Source of the DNA: Escherichia phage DCP80
Sequence record: PQ671644.1
Direction: 5' to 3' (one strand)
Length of the DNA stretch: 64,000 nt
Positions 9,045-17,831 of this stretch are shown here, piece by piece; positions within the stretch are counted from its first letter, which is position 1; each line of letters opens with the position of its first letter. Under the pieces are notes generated by a model. The model saw only the letters and a list, made by a program, of their open reading frames with translations, was not told the origin of the DNA and made no database searches. The position numbers and the translations under genes were made by a program.

Positions 9045-10793
9045 TTGTTTGGTGAATATAAGTCCGTAAGCTATGTTCCTGGTATTGTAAAACTGATTGA
9101 TGAAATTATCGATAACTCTGTTGATGAAGCAATTCGCACCAGTTTTAAATTCGCCAATAAAATTGATGTTCAAATTAAAGGCAATAAGGTTATCGTTGAA
9201 GATAACGGACGCGGTATTCCACAAGCAATGGTTGTCGACCAGACCGGTGAACAAATACCTGGCCCTGTCGCGGCATGGACTATTCCAAAGGCCGGTGGCA
9301 ACTTCGGTGATGATGCTGAGCGTAAAACTGGCGGGATGAATGGCGTTGGTAGTAGTTTAACCAACATCTTCTCTGTAACATTTGCGGGTGCAACTTGTGA
9401 TGGTGAGAATGAAATTGTCGTACGTTGTTCTAACGGAATGGAAAATAAGAGCTGGAATAAAGTTCCCGCTTCGAAGAAAGAACATGTGAAGGCTAAGACT
9501 GGTACGGTTGTTTCCTTTATTCCCGAATTCAGCCATTTTGAAACTAATGGACTCGACGAGACTTATGACGCCATCACATTGGACCGTCTACAGACTCTTG
9601 CGGTTGTTTATCCGGATATTCAGTTTACCTTTAATGGCAAAAAGGTTGATGGTAACTTCAAGAAGTTCGCCAAGCAATTTGGAACCGAAGTTGTTATCCA
9701 GGAAACTGATACGGTATCGATGGCCTTTACGACTAGCCCGGATGGTTTCCGTCAGTTGACTTATGTCAACAACATTCATACAAAGAATGGCGGACACCAC
9801 GTTGAATGTGTTATGGATGATATCTGTGAACATCTTCAACCAGCCATTAAACGCAAATATAAAGGCATCGAGGTGACCAAGGCACGAGTTAAAGAATGTC
9901 TCACCATGCTTATGTTCATCCGCGATATGAGCAACATGCGATTTGATTCCCAGACCAAAGAGCGATTGACTTCTCCGGCTGGTGAAATTCGAAATCACAT
10001 TAAGATTGATGCTAAGAAAATCGCGCAAGCTATTCTGAAAAATGAACCGCTGATTATGCCGATTGTTGAAGCTGCATTAGCCCGTAAATTGGCTGCAGAA
10101 AAAGCAGCAGAGACTAAAGCGAATAAGAAAGCTTCGAAGGCTAAGGTACAAAAGCATATCAAAGCCAACGAATGGGGTAACGACAAACTTGAAACGACTC
10201 TATTCCTGACCGAAGGGGATTCTGCAACGGGTCCATTTATCAAGGTTCGCGACCGTGAATTGCAAGGTGCTTATCCATTACGTGGTAAGTTTAAAAACAC
10301 ATGGGGTCTGAAAGCTGTTGACGTTATGAAGAACGCTGAAGCCTTTGATGTGTGTGCAATTACTGGGTTAACGATTGGACAACCGGCCAAGAATATGAAT
10401 TACCGAAACATTGCTATCATGACAGATGCGGATGTGGATGGTGTCGGTAGTATCTATCCATCGTTATTGGCGTTTTTCAGTAACTGGCCAGAGCTGTTCC
10501 ATGAAGGACGAATTCGCTTTGTGAAAACTCCTGTTATTATTGCGCAGCTCAAAGACAAACAAGAATGGTTCTATTCTCTTCCTGACTATGAAGAAGCTAA
10601 GGATAAACTTCCGAAGCACACCATCCGATATATCAAGGGGCTTGGTTCTCTGGAAGATTCCGAGTATAAACGCGTATTGCTCGAACCAGTATTCGAAGTT
10701 GTCCAATTGCCTGATAACTGGAAAGAACTGTTCGAAATGTTATTCGGTAAAGATTCACAACAGCGTAAAGATTGGATGAATGCGACGCTATAA
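9045..10793 (+). CDS. 39: DNA topoisomerase II large subunit gp39 (fused 39/60 form), N-terminus lost in gap
   Basis: 582 aa; VPGIVKLIDEIIDNSVDEAIRT...VEDNGRGIPQ...GPVAAWTIPKAGGNFGDD...GGMNGVGSSLTNIFS (GHKL ATPase) and AIMTDADVDGVGSI (Toprim) match recalled T4 gp39/gp60. Confidence 0.85.
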   Translation: MFGEYKSVSYVPGIVKLIDEIIDNSVDEAIRTSFKFANKIDVQIKGNKVIVEDNGRGIPQAMVVDQTGEQIPGPVAAWTIPKAGGNFGDDAERKTGGMNGVGSSLTNIFSVTFAGATCDGENEIVVRCSNGMENKSWNKVPASKKEHVKAKTGTVVSFIPEFSHFETNGLDETYDAITLDRLQTLAVVYPDIQFTFNGKKVDGNFKKFAKQFGTEVVIQETDTVSMAFTTSPDGFRQLTYVNNIHTKNGGHHVECVMDDICEHLQPAIKRKYKGIEVTKARVKECLTMLMFIRDMSNMRFDSQTKERLTSPAGEIRNHIKIDAKKIAQAILKNEPLIMPIVEAALARKLAAEKAAETKANKKASKAKVQKHIKANEWGNDKLETTLFLTEGDSATGPFIKVRDRELQGAYPLRGKFKNTWGLKAVDVMKNAEAFDVCAITGLTIGQPAKNMNYRNIAIMTDADVDGVGSIYPSLLAFFSNWPELFHEGRIRFVKTPVIIAQLKDKQEWFYSLPDYEEAKDKLPKHTIRYIKGLGSLEDSEYKRVLLEPVFEVVQLPDNWKELFEMLFGKDSQQRKDWMNATL

Positions 10794-10841
10794 ATAGATG
10801 TGGGAGAATATTCTCCCGCTACTAGGAGACAATATGACTAA

Positions 10842-10986
10842 ATACTGGATTACACTCGCTACCGGTGAATATGGTTTTCTCTGGGCAGAGAAAAAGCCTT
10901 TGTTTGCAGAATTTGTAACAATCACGTGCGAAACCTGGGAAGGTGAAACTTTCATGGCGTATGGTCAAGTCTATAAAGTAGAATAA
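10842..10986 (+). CDS. small hypothetical protein
   Basis: ATG at 10842 after AGGAGA RBS; preceded by 16-bp palindrome GGGAGAATATTCTCCC at 10802-10817. Confidence 0.4.
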
Positions 10987-10991
10987 AATTT

Positions 10992-11016
10992 GGTCTCCTT
11001 CGGGAGACCTTTTTAT
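10992..11016 (+). terminator. rho-independent terminator with UUCG tetraloop
   Basis: GGTCTCC-TTCG-GGAGACC followed by TTTTTATT. Confidence 0.6.
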
Positions 11017-11064
11017 TATGTACAAGCCACAAAAATTGTGTTAAGATGTCTTTGAGGTGAAAAT

Positions 11065-11349
11065 ATGATTATGTCTGACGGAAGTTTAGTTAATCTGCAG
11101 AATGTCGCACGGTGTATTATGGAAGCAGGCCTGAGGAAGGTACAGGAGCTCCCAGATAGCGACAGGAAGCGAAGTTACTTGTTAGCTGTAAGAACAGCAG
11201 CCATGAGCATTAAGGCTGGCCAGAAGGTCCCTGAGGAGCGAATTGAAGCACTTCTTGCATTGATATACCATGACCAAGAACATAAAGCTACCATGCGTAG
11301 TATGAGAAAAATATTACAGGAGATTGGAAATGACGAACTTCAAAGTTAA
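11065..11349 (+). CDS. hypothetical protein
   Basis: 94 aa, homolog of 8569-8853. Confidence 0.5.
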   Translation: MIMSDGSLVNLQNVARCIMEAGLRKVQELPDSDRKRSYLLAVRTAAMSIKAGQKVPEERIEALLALIYHDQEHKATMRSMRKILQEIGNDELQS

Positions 11350-11533
11350 TATGGAGCTGTTTGATAAAGCTGTTCATAAAGAATACCGCGTTATCCAACG
11401 ATTTTTTGATATAAGAGAAGCTGAAGAGTTTAAAGAACGCTTCAAAGAAATCCGTATTAAAATAGCTTCAGACACCGCAACAAAGGATGAACTTCTTGAA
11501 GTTGCAGAATTAATCAAACGTAACATAAAGTGA
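11324..11533 (+). CDS. hypothetical protein
   Basis: 69 aa, homolog of 8385-8594. Confidence 0.5.
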   Translation: MEMTNFKVNMELFDKAVHKEYRVIQRFFDIREAEEFKERFKEIRIKIASDTATKDELLEVAELIKRNIK

Positions 11534-11540
11534 GAAAAAC

Positions 11541-13775
11541 ATGATTTTAGAAACTGAAAAGGAAACAATCCTTGGTAATGGTGCCAAGGCATCAGCATTC
11601 ACAATCCAGGCATCTCCAAAGGTGTTTAAGATTCTGACCAGCGACCTTTATACAAACAAGGTGCGCGCGGTTGTTCGTGAGCTGATTACCAATATGATTG
11701 ATGCTCATATGCTCAATGGCTGTCAGGATAAATTCATTGTTCAAGCTCCTGGTGAACTGGACCCACGTTTTGTGTGTCGTGACTTTGGTCCAGGTATGAG
11801 TGATTTCCAGATTCGTGGTGATGAAAATACGCCAGGTCTGTATAACAGTTTCTTTGCATCATCCAAGGCTGAATCCAATGATTTTATTGGTGGCTTCGGC
11901 TTGGGTTCTAAATCTCCGTTTAGTTATACAGAGACGTTTAGCCTGATTTCATATCATGATGGACAAGTTAATGGTTATGTCGCTTATATGGACGGTGATG
12001 GTCCACAGATTAAGCCAACCTTTAGCGAACCAATGAAACCTGGTGACCGCACAGGGATTGAAGTTGTTGTCCCGGTTGATAGTAATGATTTCGGTAAGTT
12101 CCGTTATGAGATTGCATATATCATGCGTCCATTTGCTGGACTGGCTGAAGTGCAAGGCGTAGGCGAAATTAATTACTTCCCAGAATTTGATGATTATTAT
12201 GCTCCAGCGCGTATTAATTATAGCAGTCCAGAACGTTATGGACTTTATGCAATTTATGGTGGAATTGTTTATCCGATTGGTGATGGTTACACCAAGAAAA
12301 CCTGGATGACTGCCAAAAATGATGTTGTCTTTATTAAGTTCCCAATGGGTTCGCTGGATATTGCACCTTCTCGCGAAGCGTTATCACTGGACAAACGTAC
12401 GGTCGCAAATATCGTTGAACGTATTGAAGCCCTTGATAAGAAAGTCATGGAAGATGATTGTAAGAAATGGCAGGAATCAGAATGTCTCCGCCATACATAT
12501 CGCGAATTGCAGAATCTGAATTATGAAGCTCGTAATTTTCTGAAAGCTCGTAATGTTGAAACGAAATTTACGAAATCACAATTGACCTTTAACCAGATGT
12601 ACGAAATGTTCGAGCTGGACAAAGACCTTATTAATGCCGGGGTTGTCTATGATATCTATCGCGATACTCGTCTGAAACGTCTGCGTAACGCAAGCTCAAG
12701 CTCGAACACGGCAAGTCTGACGCGCATGTTTGGTATTCAGACTGATACCTTGAACATTGTTATTGATGATGCTAAAGGGCGAATTGCGATGATTCGTGGT
12801 ATCAGTTCAATGTTGTATGATACCAGCGCGAAAGCTAAAAAGCTTATTGCATCTGGTAAAGTCCCGACTCGTCAGGGTAGTAGTTTACTGTTTGTTGACC
12901 CAACCAGCGAAATTCAAACACGGTTGATGGTTCAACTCCAGGAACGATTTAAAGGCGATACGGTTAATATCTATCGTACGTCTGAACTGACTGCCCTTGT
13001 AAAAGACTGGATTCCGGTTGCTGACCCGAAAGCGCGCGTTAAGTCAAAGACTCCATCATTGATTCGTTGGACTAAAACTAATGGTCGCTGGCAGTCTGTT
13101 GAAGAATTTACATGTGCAGCTGATGCAGAGGAAATCGATGGTTATGCTGTATTCATTAACCGCAGTAGCATTTCCCCGTTGAATCAAGAATACGGCACCA
13201 CGACCTTCGGGACCCAGACATTGTGTAAACTGGCAAACCTGTTGGAAATCAATGAATTCTGTGTTATTCGTCCACAGCTTCAGAAAAAGGTTACCAAGCT
13301 GGCGCAGTGCGATTGTCTGATTGAAGCTGCAGTCAATCGTTATGTGGAATTGATTGATGCGGTTGATGCGGACCAGTACATTGCCGCTTCAAGCCGTTCG
13401 CGTTATTATATTCCTATCCTGTCTGAATATGCAGAACTGAATTTTATGTTCAAGTATTTTTATGCAAAAGATGTTCAGAAAGATGTGAATACTGACTATG
13501 CCGAACTAATGCAGTTCAATAAGTTCTTTGCTTATAACGCATATAACAGTGGAACAGTTGATAAGACCATGCAGGAAACATTGGTCCTTTGTAATAAGAT
13601 TTATGACGACCTGACCAAAAACGCTTCGGTAACAAGCGATAAAATGGTTTTTGAATTTGAAAAGAATCACCCGATTGTTTCACACTTTTTATATAACCGT
13701 AACGCTATGTCAACTGAACAAGTACAGAACGTTGCTCAAATCATGAAGGCCGTGGAAGCGGCCAATAAGGAATAA
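11541..13775 (+). CDS. rIIA: rIIA protein (second copy)
   Basis: 744 aa, near-identical to 6143-8377 with scattered substitutions. Confidence 0.9.
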   Translation: MILETEKETILGNGAKASAFTIQASPKVFKILTSDLYTNKVRAVVRELITNMIDAHMLNGCQDKFIVQAPGELDPRFVCRDFGPGMSDFQIRGDENTPGLYNSFFASSKAESNDFIGGFGLGSKSPFSYTETFSLISYHDGQVNGYVAYMDGDGPQIKPTFSEPMKPGDRTGIEVVVPVDSNDFGKFRYEIAYIMRPFAGLAEVQGVGEINYFPEFDDYYAPARINYSSPERYGLYAIYGGIVYPIGDGYTKKTWMTAKNDVVFIKFPMGSLDIAPSREALSLDKRTVANIVERIEALDKKVMEDDCKKWQESECLRHTYRELQNLNYEARNFLKARNVETKFTKSQLTFNQMYEMFELDKDLINAGVVYDIYRDTRLKRLRNASSSSNTASLTRMFGIQTDTLNIVIDDAKGRIAMIRGISSMLYDTSAKAKKLIASGKVPTRQGSSLLFVDPTSEIQTRLMVQLQERFKGDTVNIYRTSELTALVKDWIPVADPKARVKSKTPSLIRWTKTNGRWQSVEEFTCAADAEEIDGYAVFINRSSISPLNQEYGTTTFGTQTLCKLANLLEINEFCVIRPQLQKKVTKLAQCDCLIEAAVNRYVELIDAVDADQYIAASSRSRYYIPILSEYAELNFMFKYFYAKDVQKDVNTDYAELMQFNKFFAYNAYNSGTVDKTMQETLVLCNKIYDDLTKNASVTSDKMVFEFEKNHPIVSHFLYNRNAMSTEQVQNVAQIMKAVEAANKE

Positions 13776-13776
13776 T

Positions 13777-14754
13777 ATGTTTAATATCAAATGTATGTCT
13801 AAAGCCGAACAAGAACGAGTTGTCTCTCTTTATGAATCTGGTAACTATACGCAAGACGAACTTGCACTCGGTTTCGGCGTTTCGGTTGACACCATTCGTC
13901 GCGTTTTGAAAAATGACAAAGAATCAAAATTAGCTAAAACCATTTCTGCATCACTGAAAGCCGCTGTCGGGGTGGCGATTAATGCTCCAGTGACAGTAAC
14001 AGTTGAAGCCCCGGTTGAAGCCACAATCGGTGGAAGCCGCCCGGAAATCGTATGGAATGCATCAAGTAAATTCGTTTCCATTACTGAAGGTCGTACAGTC
14101 TGGAATGCAACAAAAGACCATAAACACTTTGATGATATTATTCAGGCACTCAAAGAATCTCGTTTTGATGATGCTATTGAGTATATCTCAATCAAAGCTG
14201 CAGTACAAAAATATGTGAAAGGCGATGTGCGTATTGAAGGTGGTAGTCTGTTCTATCAGGGAATTGAACTGCGCTCTGGCCTGGTTACTCGTATCATTGA
14301 TTCAATGCAAAATGGCGAAGACTTTGAATTCTATCTGCCATTCCTTGAGAATCTCCTTGAGAACCCGAGTGAGAAAGCCGTACAGCGTTTGTTTGACTTC
14401 CTGGTTGCGAACGATATCGAAATCACCGAAGACGGCCATTTCATCGCATGGAAAATGGTTCGTGCAACCTACAAAGATTGTCACTCAAACACATTCGACA
14501 ACAGCCCTGGCCAATATGTTAAAATGCCACGCTCTCGTGTGAATGACAATGACGAACAAACTTGTTCGACTGGTCTGCACGTTTGCTCTAAAGGCTATAT
14601 CGGAAGTGGTTTTGGTCATGGTGATGGACGCATCGTATCCTGTAAAGTTCACCCGCGTGATGTTGTAAGTATCCCGGTGGATTATTCCGATAGTAAGATG
14701 AGGGTTTGCGGTTACCTGGTTCTTGAAGATGTGACCGAACGTTTCAATGATTAA
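13777..14754 (+). CDS. rIIB: rIIB protein (second copy)
   Basis: 325 aa; conserved core as in 5167-6141, N-terminal third diverged. Confidence 0.85.
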   Translation: MFNIKCMSKAEQERVVSLYESGNYTQDELALGFGVSVDTIRRVLKNDKESKLAKTISASLKAAVGVAINAPVTVTVEAPVEATIGGSRPEIVWNASSKFVSITEGRTVWNATKDHKHFDDIIQALKESRFDDAIEYISIKAAVQKYVKGDVRIEGGSLFYQGIELRSGLVTRIIDSMQNGEDFEFYLPFLENLLENPSEKAVQRLFDFLVANDIEITEDGHFIAWKMVRATYKDCHSNTFDNSPGQYVKMPRSRVNDNDEQTCSTGLHVCSKGYIGSGFGHGDGRIVSCKVHPRDVVSIPVDYSDSKMRVCGYLVLEDVTERFND

Positions 14755-15238
14755 ACAAACAATTGCTAAAGATGGCTCGGCTCGTGGTATTGTCCACGGG
14801 CTAGGTCACACGCCTGAATACATTGTATGGATTGGCATGAAAGCTCGGTGTTGCAATCCAACACATATTAGTTATTCTCGATATGGCGGTCGGGGTATCA
14901 CTGTTTGCGATGAATGGCTGCATGATTTTGAAAGATTTTATACAGATATGGGGCCACGACCCACTGACAAACATCAACTTGACCGAACAGATAACGATAA
15001 AGGGTACTCTCCCGATAACTGCAGATGGGTTAGTCCAGGCGAGAATGCTTTAAATAAGCGCCCGTATAATAACAACAAGTCTGGATTTAAAGGAGTCTCG
15101 TTTGATAAACGAGCTTTGAATAAACCATGGCGAGCCACTATTATGCGAAATAAAAAACAAATTCAAGTCGGAGCTTTTGCAACTCCAGAAGAAGCAAATG
15201 AAGCTCGATTAAAATATATGGAAGAACACAATGTCTAA
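14747..15238 (+). mobile_element. free-standing HNH homing endonuclease with AP2-type DNA-binding domain
   Basis: 163 aa; HNH-like DRTDNDKGYSPDNCRWVSPGEN followed by AP2-like SGFKGVSFDKRALNKPWRATIMRNKKQIQVGAFATPEEANEARLKYMEEH; start overlaps rIIB stop (ATGATTAA); absent from the other copy. Confidence 0.7.
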
Positions 15239-15440
15239 AGAAATGTTAGGTTTCCAAGCACGTGTAGTTGAAGAACATGACCAGCTGGTTTTGAAAATTA
15301 ATGCTCTTGAAGAATTTATTAAGGGCGGAGTTTTTGAAACTCTCGATGCTCGTCAACAAGGTCTTTTGATTGCCCAGTTAGATGCAATGGGTGCATATGC
15401 TCATATACTGGCAACTCGTATCTCTTATTTTGGTGAATAA
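15231..15440 (+). CDS. hypothetical protein
   Basis: 69 aa, homolog of 4936-5133; start overlaps HNH stop. Confidence 0.5.
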   Translation: MSKEMLGFQARVVEEHDQLVLKINALEEFIKGGVFETLDARQQGLLIAQLDAMGAYAHILATRISYFGE

Positions 15441-15443
15441 ATT

Positions 15444-15713
15444 ATGATTAAGCATTTCAATGTGTCAGACCGTGACATCAAAGTTTCAAATCTCCGGGGT
15501 CATCATTATGCGGGAATAGTTTACTGCGGTAAGCTCATCAAGCATGAAGGTGATGTTCACTATGGTTGGTTGGAATGTGATGAAGTAGTTGTTGGGGAAT
15601 TCCCTGACCCGAATTCTGATACATTTGATGCTAATGACCGTTTGTATTATGGCGAGCTTCACATCCGTGGAATCGTCGGTATCGATGAGGTCGTAAATGA
15701 TTCAGAAGAGTAA
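15444..15713 (+). CDS. hypothetical protein
   Basis: 89 aa, homolog of 4663-4932. Confidence 0.5.
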   Translation: MIKHFNVSDRDIKVSNLRGHHYAGIVYCGKLIKHEGDVHYGWLECDEVVVGEFPDPNSDTFDANDRLYYGELHIRGIVGIDEVVNDSEE

Positions 15714-16290
15714 AACCTGGGAGCATTTGAAAAAGATGCCCTCCTTTCTTTATACGAAGGAAGACTTAACCCCCGAATCCCTACAAAAGATTGTAGACAC
15801 TGCCAGATATTCATTGCGTAAAGACCCAGGTCAGGACCGTGAGCAAGTCATGCAAAGATGTATGGTGGCCACAATGGCTGAACAAGCTATTGCTAAATGG
15901 ACCTCCGGTTTTTTATGTGGCGGTGATGAAGATTACGATAATCCTTATTCCTTTGCATTTGATGTAGTTTCGAAGGAAGGGGTGAGAATCGAAGTCAAGA
16001 CCCACCAGTCTGGGTCCAAATGGATATCCGTGCATACTGGCCACCAGGGCGATTATCCACATGGTTACGGGATTAATCTTGGTCCTTTTATGCAACACAA
16101 GCTTGCTGACCTTATGATTATGCTCGATGTAAAAGAGACTCTCAAAGGTTATAGATTTAAACCAAAATTCCTTGCTGGACCCGGTGCTTTCGTTCCTGAG
16201 TCTGGTCTTGTGCAGAAGTCACAAGGGGATGGCTGGTACCTCCGTTCTTGTTCAGAAGAAAAATTTCCCTATCACCGGTTTACAAGCTGA
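15697..16290 (+). CDS. hypothetical protein (197 aa)
   Basis: Homolog of 4086-4679. Confidence 0.55.
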   Translation: MIQKSKTWEHLKKMPSFLYTKEDLTPESLQKIVDTARYSLRKDPGQDREQVMQRCMVATMAEQAIAKWTSGFLCGGDEDYDNPYSFAFDVVSKEGVRIEVKTHQSGSKWISVHTGHQGDYPHGYGINLGPFMQHKLADLMIMLDVKETLKGYRFKPKFLAGPGAFVPESGLVQKSQGDGWYLRSCSEEKFPYHRFTS

Positions 16291-16337
16291 ACCAACTGTG
16301 TAATAATGTCCTCATACCAACAAATAAGGACATTATC

Positions 16338-16613
16338 ATGGAACACGTTACTACTCACAACATCAAACAAATTCTTATCCAAGCACTCAAAAACAACAAC
16401 ATCAATTTTCCAACCCATGAAATTTTTGATGTGGTATTCAACGAAGTCCAGGGTCAAGTTGCATATTATGACGTTATCGTTTATCTTTCAGAATTTGAAG
16501 TCTACCATCTGACTGAAATTGCTTTCTATCTCTATCGTGGGACTGCAGATTTTACTGGGGTCGTGAATGCAGTTGGCGCATATAAAGAAGTTAAAGAGCA
16601 AATGCACAATTAA
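16338..16613 (+). CDS. hypothetical protein
   Basis: Probable start MEHVTTHN after AAGGA RBS; homolog of 3763-4038. Confidence 0.45.
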   Translation: MEHVTTHNIKQILIQALKNNNINFPTHEIFDVVFNEVQGQVAYYDVIVYLSEFEVYHLTEIAFYLYRGTADFTGVVNAVGAYKEVKEQMHN

Positions 16614-16672
16614 TTAAAAAGTAGTGTACATCAGTATGGAGTCAGTGCATAATGATTCCATACTGAGTTACC
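16612..16672 (+). promoter_or_regulatory. early promoter / stem-loop cassette (PeSL-like)
   Basis: TGTACA 16625-16630, 17-nt spacer, CATAAT 16648-16653; CAGTATGGA 16632-16640 pairs with TCCATACTG 16657-16665. Confidence 0.45.
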
Positions 16673-16688
16673 AACCTGGAGAAACAAA

Positions 16689-16952
16689 ATGAAATTTAAA
16701 TTTTATTATATTAAGCATAAAGTTACTGGGGAGTTTATTGCATTTACAACTTCATCCAATAATCAAGGTGATACTTTTACTTCATTGTTCTTATCTAGAT
16801 GGGATTCAGACCAGCCTTATTTGTCCACAAAAGAGCATCTTCAACGTATGGCGAAGGGCGAGCTAAACGATTCTTGGGATAATATTGTGAATAATTGTAT
16901 CAAGAAAGCTATCCAAGAAAATCAACTTGAAATCATTGAGGTGGAATTGTGA
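16689..16952 (+). CDS. hypothetical protein, YYxKHKVTG family paralog (copy-2-specific)
   Basis: 87 aa MKFKFYYIKHKVTG...; tandem paralog of the next gene; not present at the equivalent site in copy 1. Confidence 0.5.
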   Translation: MKFKFYYIKHKVTGEFIAFTTSSNNQGDTFTSLFLSRWDSDQPYLSTKEHLQRMAKGELNDSWDNIVNNCIKKAIQENQLEIIEVEL

Positions 16953-17215
16953 ATATTAAATTATATTACGCCAAGCACAAAGTTACAGGTATGGTTGTTG
17001 CTGCTATGTATGACGCGTCAGGCGATGGTGATGATGTTATTACAGAGTTATCTCTTTCTGATTGTAAATTTCTTCGCCCGTTGGTTGCATCAAAGCGTGA
17101 TTTAAAAAAGCTTATTGATGGTAAGCTGGACAATATTGATGGTATAGATATTTTTTATGACCTCCGCGTCGCATTGTCTGATGGATTGATTGAAATCAAA
17201 GAGGTGATATTTTGA
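16949..17215 (+). CDS. hypothetical protein, YYxKHKVTG family
   Basis: 88 aa, homolog of 3252-3518. Confidence 0.5.
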   Translation: MNIKLYYAKHKVTGMVVAAMYDASGDGDDVITELSLSDCKFLRPLVASKRDLKKLIDGKLDNIDGIDIFYDLRVALSDGLIEIKEVIF

Positions 17216-17304
17216 GCAGCAAAACCTGGTGTCTTATCTGGATGTTGTGTATCCCAGTAATTTGCGTTTGTTTTAGTTTATTATTAATGAAACTTGCATA
17301 AAGA

Positions 17305-17332
17305 GTGTACATCTCCGGTGGTTGTAGTATAA
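17305..17332 (+). promoter_or_regulatory. early-type promoter
   Basis: GTGTACAT, 17-nt spacer, TATAAT; mirror of the copy-1 element near 3130-3160. Confidence 0.4.
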
Positions 17333-17486
17333 TGAACCTATCAACTACTGGAGATGATTATGAAAAAGTTACTTAAAGCCATTTGGAACATGTTTATACT
17401 GTTTGTTGTCCTGAGCATTTTCCCAATTGTTTTTATGATTGACCATGTACGTGTTTACTTTAACTATTTCTTTTGAGGATAATACT

Positions 17487-17633
17487 ATGATAGTTATGAA
17501 AAAGTTTAAAGAATATCATTGCTATGAATGTGGCAAAAAGATTGATTCTATTCATTCATTAAACGTCTTTTCTTTTGATAATTTAAACTATGCACACATT
17601 TGGTGCCTTCGTGGAATGACTAAATTTAACTGA
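17487..17633 (+). CDS. small zinc-ribbon-like protein (copy-2-specific cassette)
   Basis: 48 aa MIVMKKFKEYHCYECGKK...HIWC (CxxC...HxxC spacing); flanked by duplicated GAGGATAATA(C/T)TATG junction. Confidence 0.4.
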   Translation: MIVMKKFKEYHCYECGKKIDSIHSLNVFSFDNLNYAHIWCLRGMTKFN

Positions 17634-17643
17634 GGATAATATT

Positions 17644-17790
17644 ATGAATTACAATTCACACTTTCAGAAATCCAATCGCCGCTTTGACTTTATGTTCAAG
17701 TTTATTGTGGCAATGATTATCCTGATTTTCATTGGTGCCATTGCAATGATTGGTTTCCAGGTCTGGATTGCTGCTGAAGTATTCACACAA
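17644..17790 (+). CDS. small membrane protein, 3' end lost in gap
   Basis: MNYNSHFQKSNRRFDFMFKF..., homolog of 2773-2979. Confidence 0.45.
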
Positions 17791-17800
17791 NNNNNNNNNN
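17791..17800. other. assembly gap (N-run)
   Basis: 10 Ns; gene content changes abruptly across it. Confidence 0.95.
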
Positions 17801-17831
17801 TTTACAATTGAGTTAACTCCCAAGGATTAAT

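Noticed and set aside
8937-9254. 105-aa minus-strand ORF spanning the first N-run
   Set aside because: The frame is continuous only because Ns are read as X. The left part is the 3' end of the small ORF after gene 39 and the right part is antisense to gene 39.
1-17790. Inverted duplication around gene 39 as a genuine palindromic genome end, hairpin telomere or composite transposon
   Set aside because: The arms differ in gene content and are joined by an N-run, and no transposase or telomere resolvase is present. Two haplotypes joined by scaffolding is the simpler explanation.
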